Assembly (NCBI GenBank): GCA_965248925.1 | Contig: CBDFLE010000006.1 | Span: 4,832,001 to 4,896,000, forward strand | Length of the DNA: 64,000 nt | Direction of reading: 5' to 3' | Source: Candidatus Multivoradales bacterium | Lineage (GTDB): Bacteria > Acidobacteriota > Thermoanaerobaculia > Multivoradales > J023 | Shown: positions 36,629-44,538 of the stretch, piece by piece | Position numbering within the stretch: position 1 is the stretch's first letter | Layout: each line of letters starts with the position of its first letter | Made by a program: the position numbers and the translations under genes | The notes under the pieces: model-generated | What the model was told of the DNA's origin: nothing | What the model saw: only the letters and a program-made list of their open reading frames with translations | Databases searched by the model: none

Positions 36629-39022
36629 TCAAATGTCCGGTTGAGCCTCTCCGGAGGTGTTCCGAGGCCCTGGGAAGGCCAGGCTCCGGGGTGGCGCCTT
36701 CTTGATCGCGAACCGCATCCGTAGCTCGGTGCCGGGGAAGTGGGTGGCGGTAGCGTTGAGTTCTTCGCAGACGGCGGCGATCGCCGCCGTCTTGTGGGGA
36801 GAGCTGAGCGGGTCGATGGAAAGGAGCAGCACGGTGTCGGTAACCTCCATATCGCCGCCGGCCGCGAAAGCGCTTTGGATCAGGGTGCGTCCCTCCTGCT
36901 CGGTGCGGCGGTAGTGGGGTGATAGGAGCCGGAGAAGATCACCTTCGGCCTGGTAGGCGACCATCTTGAGAATATCGGTGAGGTGCTTGCGCTCGACGGA
37001 CAGCTTGATGACATCCGCTTCGACGACCTCTTGGACGGGGACGCGGACGGGGAGGGTCGCGCGCTGGTTCTCGAGTTCGGTGATCTGCTCTATCGCTGCC
37101 CGGACCCTGGCGGAGATGGCGGCGTTGGCGATCTTGAATCCGCGCATCGTGCGCCGCCGATCCTCGCGGTTTTCAAGAGCAGCGATCCCGATGTGGGCCC
37201 GGAGCTGCTCGAGATGTGCGTGAGCTTTGCGCAGCTCTGCATTGATCTTGCCGCGCTCGGGATTCGGCACATCGCGGGCAGCGTCCGCTGGCTCGGTGCC
37301 ATAGTCCACCAGGGCATCGAGTGCGAATTCTTCGCGCAGGTATTTGAAGAAGTTCTCTTGCCTCCAACGATCGAACATGCGGTAGGCGACCTCGAGTGTG
37401 GAGAGGTCGCGGCGGGAGGTGATGATGGACGTCTGGTGGCCGTTGTCGCAGAGGCGGGTGACCTGGCGCAGGTACAGCCGCTTGCGCTTCTTCCTCGGGC
37501 CATACTCGAGGTAGATACGCTGATCGGCGAGGAGGTACTCGAGCTTCCGCCCGTGGATCGTGTCCTTGATCTGCCCGAACTTGCTCAACGGCACCGGACG
37601 AAAGGGGGCCTTTCGGTATGTGAGGATGTCGAACTTCTTGGCGATGAGCTTCGCAAACAGCTTCGGGCTCCAACCCCCACGGTCGAAGACGACGGTGACT
37701 CGCCGGTCTCCGAGTAGCTTTCGTACCTCTTCGAGAATGAGGGGAAGCATCGTCGCAAGCCCCTTGTTGGCCTCGGTGGGGACCACGAAGAGAGGCTCGC
37801 TCTCAGCATCGTTGACCCAGTAGTCGGTGGTGGCCGGCATCGCGATCCGCATCCGCGCTACGTGTGTCTTGGGAATCTCTCGGCCACCGTGGTAGGCGCG
37901 CACATGCCCGTCCACGTAGAGGAAGCCCATGGCATGGCCCCTGGTGGCGACCCGGCGCTGAGCGAGGGCGCGACCGAGATCCGCGGCCAGGCCATGCGCG
38001 GCCAGCCGAGCGAGCTTGTTGCGCAAGGTTTTCACTTCCGGCGCTCGGTCGAGCCCGAGAAGCTGACCCAAATGCCGGGGTGAGCGCTCCTTGAGCCCTT
38101 CGGGTCGCTTGACCCGCAACAGTGCCATCAGCAGCAGGGTTACCAGAGTGGTGCGCAGCCCATAGAAGGCCGGCCCGATGCTGCCGTACAGCTCCTGCGC
38201 GATGGAGAGCACGCCGCTGTCCACCAGGGCGGGAATCGCCAGCAGAGCACCGGCGCCCGGTAGCTGGGTCGCCGCTCCGAAGATCGGCGCCGCATCATCG
38301 AGGAATCCCAGCCTCGCCAGCAGCCGATCGCTGGCGCGATCCGCTGGATCGAGGTCCAGCGAGAGGGGAACCTGATCTTGCTCGGACGCAGAAGCGGACA
38401 GTTTTGGGTCCGCAGCCGCTGGGTCACCGCCACCCTCAGCGTCGAGCGCAAGATCCGCAGTTTTCAGGGGGCCGTCGACCTGCTGCTCATCAGAGGCGGA
38501 CAGTTTTGGGTCCGCACTCTCGAAGGGCATCGTCATCTGCACTACCGACCGCTCTTTCCAGCCCAGGCGCTTGGCGAGCTTGCGAACGGCCTTCTCATCG
38601 ATGCCCAGCCGCCGGCCAATCTCGCGATTCGACACACCCTCGGCCTTCCAGCCGTTGACCGCGTCCAGGCGGCCCTGCGCTACCCGAGACTGACCCCGGG
38701 GAAAACCGCGCGGCCGGCCCAGAGCAGCCAGCCCACCTTCTTCGAAGCGGCGCTGATTCCGGCGCACAGTCCGCACATCACAAGCGAACGCAAGGGCCAC
38801 CTCGCGTTGCTGTGCCCAGCCCAATTCAACGAGACTCACCATCGCGTGGGCCTCGCCTGTCCTGTCGCCGGCAGCGAAGTGAGCGAGCGGCATGCCGCTG
38901 ACCACCACCACCCGATAGCCGCCCCTCTGCTGGAGGCGGCAGCGGTCGTTGATCACCACAACCCCATCGGGGACCCCGGCGTGGTCTGGGAACAGGACGG
39001 TGTGCTCGCTCGTCAGTGCCAT
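36629..39022 (-). CDS. DDE transposase with N-terminal HTH domains
   Basis: YVDGH, VFDRGG and RWRQENFFK (IS4-clan-like R-x3-E-x3-K); two HTH-like segments (QREVALAFACDVRTV, SNREIGRRLGIDEKAV). Confidence 0.9.
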   Translation of the reverse strand: MALTSEHTVLFPDHAGVPDGVVVINDRCRLQQRGGYRVVVVSGMPLAHFAAGDRTGEAHAMVSLVELGWAQQREVALAFACDVRTVRRNQRRFEEGGLAALGRPRGFPRGQSRVAQGRLDAVNGWKAEGVSNREIGRRLGIDEKAVRKLAKRLGWKERSVVQMTMPFESADPKLSASDEQQVDGPLKTADLALDAEGGGDPAAADPKLSASASEQDQVPLSLDLDPADRASDRLLARLGFLDDAAPIFGAATQLPGAGALLAIPALVDSGVLSIAQELYGSIGPAFYGLRTTLVTLLLMALLRVKRPEGLKERSPRHLGQLLGLDRAPEVKTLRNKLARLAAHGLAADLGRALAQRRVATRGHAMGFLYVDGHVRAYHGGREIPKTHVARMRIAMPATTDYWVNDAESEPLFVVPTEANKGLATMLPLILEEVRKLLGDRRVTVVFDRGGWSPKLFAKLIAKKFDILTYRKAPFRPVPLSKFGQIKDTIHGRKLEYLLADQRIYLEYGPRKKRKRLYLRQVTRLCDNGHQTSIITSRRDLSTLEVAYRMFDRWRQENFFKYLREEFALDALVDYGTEPADAARDVPNPERGKINAELRKAHAHLEQLRAHIGIAALENREDRRRTMRGFKIANAAISARVRAAIEQITELENQRATLPVRVPVQEVVEADVIKLSVERKHLTDILKMVAYQAEGDLLRLLSPHYRRTEQEGRTLIQSAFAAGGDMEVTDTVLLLSIDPLSSPHKTAAIAAVCEELNATATHFPGTELRMRFAIKKAPPRSLAFPGPRNTSGEAQPDI

Positions 39023-39071
39023 GCTCGATCATGCCTCGGCACCGAAAAAAGCGGACAGTTTTGGGTCCGCA
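38394..39071. repeat. Three identical 21-bp repeats GCGGACAGTTTTGGGTCCGCA inside the IS
   Basis: At 38394-38414, 38496-38516 and 39051-39071; each is a GCGGAC-N8-GTCCGC palindrome. Confidence 0.95.
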
Positions 39072-40417
39072 CCACCTCTGAGGGGCGGTCCTGTGTTTTC
39101 AGAGGGTTAGGAGGGGTAGGTCAGGAGGTCTGGGGTCGGCAACGCTCGCCGTCTGGCGCTCGATTTACCCGGCGCCGAACAGGCTTTCAACCGGGCAGAA
39201 ATAGACCTGGCGTCGCGACTTGGGGGCCGAGCGCTCTTTGCCAAGGCCGAGATCTGGCTCTGCCGGGCAGGTCTCCGCCTCGATCAGCGGCGTTTCGATG
39301 AGGCGCTCGAACTGGTCAGTCTGGCAGTACCAATTCTCGACAAATCAGATGATCTACACCGGCTTGTCGAAGCCCGGATCTTCCGGGCTCGCGTTCGCTG
39401 CTATAGCGGTGATGTCGAAGTAGGTGAAGAACTCGGAGGACTTATCCGCAGATTGGCGAAGAATCCAGACATGCGGCTCGAGTTTTCTGCCCTCACACTT
39501 CTCGCTTCGGCCCAAGCCTTGAGTGGCCAGCATCAGCTTGCTCATGCCACGGTGGACCGGGCCAAGGAGATTGCTGCTGGTCTCTCCGACCTGTCTTCAT
39601 TCTGCTTACTGGACTGGCTAGAAGGCTTGGTGGCCAGTGCCCAAGGAGAGATTCCGGCCGCCAACGCTCTCCTGCTTTCTGCTAAGGCAGGCTTCCAGCG
39701 CTCTGGTGCCTTTGGCCATATGGCGAGCGTGGCTTTGGACCTGGCAATCCTCTATGACAGCCAGGACCGCTACCCAGAGGTGATGAGCCTGATGGCCGAG
39801 TCCCTGCCGATCCTCCTTGCACTCAAACTCGACAGTGAGTCCACCGAGGCGCTCGCCTTGCTGGAGAAAGCGATCAAATCGGGCGAACGCCTGTTGGAGA
39901 AACTGATGCAGGTCAGGATGGCTCTTCAGACAGTCCTCCGGCTACCACCCTTGCTGATCGCACCTGTCTAGCCGTGCCCTAGCCTTGATCAGCCGAGAGG
40001 ATCGGCGCTAGGGTAGAACCCAGAGGGGTAGGCGTTCGAGTAGCACCCGAGAGCATAGGCGATAGGTAGATACCCTGTCGGCGCTGGGTACCGCACACCC
40101 TTCAAAGTCGAATTCCCCATAGCTAACTCCTTCTTCCGGTCGGCGCAAGCCGGCTCGGCATGATCCGGCTGCCCTATTGGAGGTGGTGAACCCTAGCGGG
40201 AATCCAGCCTCTTGCACATCCCAAGTGCTAACTGACCCTGCCGATAGCACACGAAAAAGGTCAATAGCTGAGTTCTGGAACCGGTGGGACCCGCGGGACG
40301 GGCGAAGCCGGCGAGCATCTTGCTCGCGCGGCGTTTCAGACTTTGGCTACGCCGCAACAGAAGATCTCGACAGCAAGAACGACCGCCACCGCAGCCGGTC
40401 ACCCTGTGGAGATCACC

Positions 40418-40669
40418 GTGCAAGACCCCGAGTTCAAGACCACCCCCCAGCCACCACCCGGCTGGCGCTACTCGTCCAATGGCCGGGCGACTCTCGACAA
40501 GGACTACGCCTTCGCCCACTGGCGTGAGGCGCTGATCTTTGTCGAGTTGGTGCTCTACCTCGGCGAGCTGGCCGGCTTGCAGCCGGGGATCGTGATCTGC
40601 GGCTCGCGGGTGGCGATCAAGCTTGGGGCTGATGAAGTTCAGTTCGCTCGCCTTCTCGACGCGCCTTGA
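40418..40669 (+). CDS. Pterin-4a-carbinolamine dehydratase (PCD/DCoH)-like small protein, degenerate
   Basis: GGAG RBS plus GTG; PGW...L.KDYAF..W.EAL.FV...P.I pattern; HHP replaced by LQP. Confidence 0.55.
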   Translation: MQDPEFKTTPQPPPGWRYSSNGRATLDKDYAFAHWREALIFVELVLYLGELAGLQPGIVICGSRVAIKLGADEVQFARLLDAP

Positions 40670-40714
40670 ATGGGTGGGCACCAGACTTTGTGGGTGGGTG
40701 CCCGCGTCCCTCCC

Positions 40715-40758
40715 CCTCCGGGCCGGAGATTGCTGTCGCCGGTCCGGAGGTACTTTTT
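40715..40758 (+). terminator. Terminator-like hairpin between the two PCD-like genes
   Basis: CCTCCGGGCCGG...CCGGTCCGGAGG followed by TACTTTTT. Confidence 0.6.
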
Positions 40759-40787
40759 CTATCTCTCACCTCGAAGGAAGGATCGCG

Positions 40788-41096
40788 ATGAAACCAGAAC
40801 GCATTCAACTCGGCCTCAAGAGCCTGATCCACTGGCGCCAGTCTGGCGAGACGGAGCAAGCCATCGTCCGTCATTACCGCTTTGTCGACTCGGCCGCGAC
40901 CGTCCGCTTCCTGCGCGAAAGCCTGGAGCTGGCGGAGCACCAGCAGCTGCCGATCGAGCTGCACCTGAAGAACGACGCGCTGAGTGCGCGGCTGCCCGGC
41001 GATTCAGCCTCTGAGCTGACTGAAAGGCACTTTTCTTTGGCCAGAGCGATCGAGAGCAGAGCCCTCGGCGTCACCTTGGTGATCCGCGGTGAGTAG
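40788..41096 (+). CDS. Second PCD/DCoH-like small protein, degenerate
   Basis: AAGGA RBS; W......I.R.YRF......F......AE....P......LTE..F.LA..IE; no HHP. Confidence 0.6.
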   Translation: MKPERIQLGLKSLIHWRQSGETEQAIVRHYRFVDSAATVRFLRESLELAEHQQLPIELHLKNDALSARLPGDSASELTERHFSLARAIESRALGVTLVIRGE

Positions 41097-41484
41097 CCAG
41101 CGGCAGAACGGCCGCTCGCCCGACAGCCTGCCGATAGGCGATCACGAGCTAAGGCGGCTGGTGCATCAATGCACCGACCGGCTTCTCGAGGTTGAGAGGC
41201 TGCTCAATGTTCCCCGCCTGCACCGGCTCACCGGCACCAAGATCAGCAGATCGACCCGTCCCGTGGATCTTGGTGCGATCCTCCTGAATGGCCTCTATCA
41301 ATGCTCCGTCAAGCCTGCGGCAGCGACGCTCCAGGTGATCGAGATGGCGATAGATCCCGACTGCGGGGTTTCAGACCAAGCCACAGAGATGCTCTTCGAC
41401 TTGCTCCTACACCCGCTGACACCTCCAGACGCGGAGGAAACGGCACCGGGGATACGCGATGACGATTGGGAGGAAGAATCATGA
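41089..41484 (+). CDS. Hypothetical protein
   Basis: GTG start overlapping the upstream stop; acidic tail; no recognised domain. Confidence 0.5.
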   Translation: MSSQRQNGRSPDSLPIGDHELRRLVHQCTDRLLEVERLLNVPRLHRLTGTKISRSTRPVDLGAILLNGLYQCSVKPAAATLQVIEMAIDPDCGVSDQATEMLFDLLLHPLTPPDAEETAPGIRDDDWEEES

Positions 41485-41563
41485 TCCGCGATGCCAGGGA
41501 CCCATCTGACCCAGCGCTGGCCGGATCCTCCGCCGAGCTGTGCTTGGGAAGCGAGGCCACGCT

Positions 41564-42262
41564 GTGAGTGACCCGCAAGACACCAATTTCTACTTGCTCA
41601 AGTTCATGGAAGAGGTCACGGAGAACTTCGAGACGGACGAGTTCGAGAGCTACCCCCAAGAGATCCAGAACAGCCTGCGGGCTCTGCATCACGGCGTGCT
41701 CTCGAAGATGTACCAGGCCAAGGTGCAGGATGCTGAGCTGAGCAGTTTCATCGAGCCTTTTCTGGCGGCGATCGAGGCCGCGACCAAGAGCCTCGCCGGA
41801 CCACAGGATCGTACTAACGAGGCCGCCACTTACGAGCCAGCAAAGCCATTCGACGCCCACCCGCTGAAGCTCACCATGCCTGATGGCACCCTAGAAGGTG
41901 AGGTCTTCTGCCTCTACCTCAACCATCCCTTCCGAGAATCTTGTTTGTCCGAACTCTCACCCGCCCGCTCTGAGCTGGTGCGCCGCTTCGGCATCCTGAT
42001 GTACACCGCGCTGGGTGCGCCGGCAATCTCCGGGCACGACCGAGAATGGGAGGTCCGCGGTGGACTGCTCGACATCGAGCGCGCATTGCGGGCGTTCGAT
42101 ATGTACTCGGACTATGGCCAGACACCGCTGAGCGGACCACTCAAGGGCTGGTGTAATCGCCTGCAGGTGATTGCCACCGAAATGCGCGAGGCTTTCGGCC
42201 GGCTGCCCGGCGAGCTGCCGGGCTCGGCTGCTGCCCAAGGAAGGTCTCCTATCCACGGCTGA
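41564..42262 (+). CDS. Hypothetical protein
   Basis: GAGG before GTG 41564; protein-like composition; no recognised domain. Confidence 0.55.
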   Translation: MSDPQDTNFYLLKFMEEVTENFETDEFESYPQEIQNSLRALHHGVLSKMYQAKVQDAELSSFIEPFLAAIEAATKSLAGPQDRTNEAATYEPAKPFDAHPLKLTMPDGTLEGEVFCLYLNHPFRESCLSELSPARSELVRRFGILMYTALGAPAISGHDREWEVRGGLLDIERALRAFDMYSDYGQTPLSGPLKGWCNRLQVIATEMREAFGRLPGELPGSAAAQGRSPIHG

Positions 42263-42268
42263 CGATCG

Positions 42269-42383
42269 ATGGCAGGGGGCTAAGGCACTGCCGATATACT
42301 ACGACCCGGAAACCGGCGACAGCTGGTCTGGCCTCGATCGCAGACCGAATTGGCTGAGAGAGCGGCCCGGCGAGACAAACTGA
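42269..42383 (+). pseudogene. H-NS C-terminal DNA-binding domain fragment
   Basis: PIYYDPETGDSWSGLDRRPNWL matches Y.DP.TG.TWSG.GR.P.W; the nearest ATG (42269) is out of frame by one G in a G5 run. Confidence 0.5.
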
Positions 42384-42559
42384 GAATACGCTGCAATCTT
42401 TGGCAGCCGTGAGTGCGGAGTTCTTGAGTCGAGGCTGGTGGGCGAAGAGTTTTCTTCGCTCTTTGGTAACAAAAAGGCCCGGGCAAACGACTATGAAGAA
42501 ATAGGGGAGCGATCTCGAATAGTTCGACTGTTATTCACTGTAGTTCCAGGAGGTTCATC

Positions 42560-43155
42560 ATGCGTTCTAAGCTATCCGCCAGCTTGATCCTACTCACCGT
42601 CTTTTCTATGCCCCGGTCGTTGCGGGACAGCGCATCAATACTTTGCTCAATTCTCTGGGTACTGGCAAGAGCGACGAATGGGGAACCATCAGCTTCTTTA
42701 CCGACAATGCCGAGGAGGTGCTCTGCCTGAGTGTCACTTCCCGTACCGACCCGCCGCAGTTTAACCCCCGCGCGGTGCGGGTGCGGGTGGAGTACGGGGC
42801 AAGTGAAAAGGCCGGCAAGCGCTCTAAGGCGCTCAAGTTCCGCCTCAAAGGCCGCGCCGAGAAGCTCGATAGTGGTCGTCTGGTCTGGTCGAACTGCATT
42901 GCTCGACCCGAGGTTTCGGCGGACGATCTGCTCTATGTCGAGGTGCTGCCTTTGCAGCGTCAGCAGAAGCTGGCCGGGGACAGCAATCCTGGAGTGGTCA
43001 ACCGCATCAGCATGCCCGTACCGGGGGTTAGCTTTGGCGCTGAAATCCGCCGAACAGGGACTTCAGTGATGACCTGGGTGCCGCTCGAGAATCGCAACTT
43101 CGACCTGGACGGCAGTCAGCTAGACGAAGTGGAGAAAGCATCTTCCGGCGACTAG
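42560..43155 (+). pseudogene. Secreted hypothetical protein with a 1-bp frameshift in the signal peptide
   Basis: AGGAGG plus ATG 42560 (MRSKLSASLILLTVF); adding one T to TTTT at 42602-42605 gives FFYAPVVA-GQRINTL, joining the 42643..43155 ORF. Confidence 0.6.
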
Positions 43156-43159
43156 GCAC

Positions 43160-43870
43160 TCAGACCGAGCGGGTGATGCCACCGTCGACGCGCAGGTTCT
43201 GGCCGGTGATGTAGGCCGCGGCCGGCGATACCAAGAAGGCGGCAGTGGCGCCGATCTCGTCGACCGAGCCGTAGCGGCCGGCCGGGATCTTGGCTAGGAC
43301 TTCTTCGCTTTCCGGATAAGAGTCGATATATCCCGGCAAAATGTTGTTGATGCGGATGCCGTCGCCCGCGTATTGATCGGCATAGAGTTTGGTGAAGCTG
43401 CCCAGGGCTGCTCGCAGGCTGGCCGAGATGGGAAACCCAGGATCGGGCTCGTAGGCGGCGAAGGTCGAGATGTTGACAATCGCGCCCCCACTCTGGCGGC
43501 GCAGGATCGGCGTCACTAGCTGGCACATCCGCACTACGTTGAGCAGCACCAGGTCGAGGCCTTGGTGCCATTGCTCGGCGCTGAGTTCGAGTAGGGCGCC
43601 CTTGGCCGGGTGGCCAGTGTTGTTGACCACCGCGTCGAGGCGGCCCCAACGCTCTTCACACAGCTTCACCAGCGCCTTCAGATCGTCGTTCGAGGTCACC
43701 GAACCGTTGATCGCCACCGCGCGGTCTTGACCGAGTTCCTGTGCCAACTCAGTGGCGCCGCCGCCGTTCGACATCAAGGCCAAGCGAAATCCATCTTTGG
43801 CCAAGGCGCGGGCGATCGCCGCCCCCATACCCTTGCCGGCGGCGGTGACGATGGCAGCTTTCTGTGACAT
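43160..43870 (-). CDS. Short-chain dehydrogenase/reductase
   Basis: TAAGKGMG, VNNTG, IVNIS, SxxxR variant active site, PG, TGQNLRVDGG. Confidence 0.92.
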   Translation of the reverse strand: MSQKAAIVTAAGKGMGAAIARALAKDGFRLALMSNGGGATELAQELGQDRAVAINGSVTSNDDLKALVKLCEERWGRLDAVVNNTGHPAKGALLELSAEQWHQGLDLVLLNVVRMCQLVTPILRRQSGGAIVNISTFAAYEPDPGFPISASLRAALGSFTKLYADQYAGDGIRINNILPGYIDSYPESEEVLAKIPAGRYGSVDEIGATAAFLVSPAAAYITGQNLRVDGGITRSV

Positions 43871-44027
43871 GCGCGGCGACTCCCTGTTTCGTAGTTGCAA
43901 GGTACGGACGCAGCATAGCGGATTGTGGAGAGCGTAACTACGGCGCTGTGGCCGGGGTGGGCGGGCGTCTCTTCCTCGCCGTCTCCGGACTAGTTACTGA
44001 CTTCGATCAAGGCCGAACGGCTGCTGA

Positions 44028-44357
44028 TCAGCTAGTGGGTGGGCACCACAGACAGTTGGCGCAGTAGCCGCCAACGCACTGTGGCAAACAGGGACAGATC
44101 TTCGTGCATTGTTCGTCGTAGGTACATTGCCGTTTCTCGGCCAGGTTGGCGATCTCCATCCAGCCGGCGTCTTGCGGGCTGGGGGTGGCGGCGTCGCAGA
44201 GCGGAGCCGGCTGCGGCTGCGGCTGCGAGACCAGCAGCTCGGGCGCCTGGTCGGTGATCGGGGTGTCTGGGGTATCTGGGGTGGCCTGTAGCGGCAGGCA
44301 GATCAGGAGCAAACTAGCGAGCAGGGCAAGTTTCGGGGTCAAGCTACGATGGGTCAT
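44028..44357 (-). CDS. Secreted Cys-rich peptide precursor (signal-pro-core)
   Basis: GGAGG RBS; signal ending LQA; Pro/acidic spacer; KR followed by QCTYDEQCTKICPCLPQCVGGYCANCLWCPPTS (8 Cys). Confidence 0.7.
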   Translation of the reverse strand: MTHRSLTPKLALLASLLLICLPLQATPDTPDTPITDQAPELLVSQPQPQPAPLCDAATPSPQDAGWMEIANLAEKRQCTYDEQCTKICPCLPQCVGGYCANCLWCPPTS

Positions 44358-44538
44358 CAGAACCTCCAAGGTGTATGGGTCACGGTGTACTAAGTACGGT
44401 GATTCGAGTCGACGGAAGAAGAGACGTTGATCAGTATAGAGCACGCCTGTGACTTCTCTGGGCCGGGTGCAAAGGCCGGGGCGAGACTCTAGGTTGGCGA
44501 AATTTCTCTGCTCTCCAGGCCCCGCCAGCAGCGAAAAA

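Larger units (their letters stand above)
36604..39132 (-). mobile_element. Intact insertion sequence, 2529 bp
   Basis: TIRs CAGAACTCCTGAC / GTCAGGAGGTCTG (12/13 match); 5-bp TSD GGGTC at 36599-36603 and 39133-39137; single transposase ORF. Confidence 0.95.
35968..39971 (+). pseudogene. AraC-type HTH plus TPR regulator disrupted by an IS (489 aa reconstructed; 5' end also appears truncated)
   Basis: RLETAVELL...IREIS..MG..NVSVFSRAF (second AraC HTH). Removing 36604-39137 gives ARGWAWV|GNARRLALDLPGAEQAF, in frame to the stop at 39971. Confidence 0.85.

Noticed and set aside
38394-39071. CRISPR array from the 21-bp palindromic repeats
   Set aside because: Only three copies, with 81- and 534-bp gaps, inside an IS; no cas genes in the window.
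38378-39301. 307-aa plus-strand ORF and similar ORFs within the IS
   Set aside because: Antisense to the transposase and crosses the IS boundary; no protein-like motifs.
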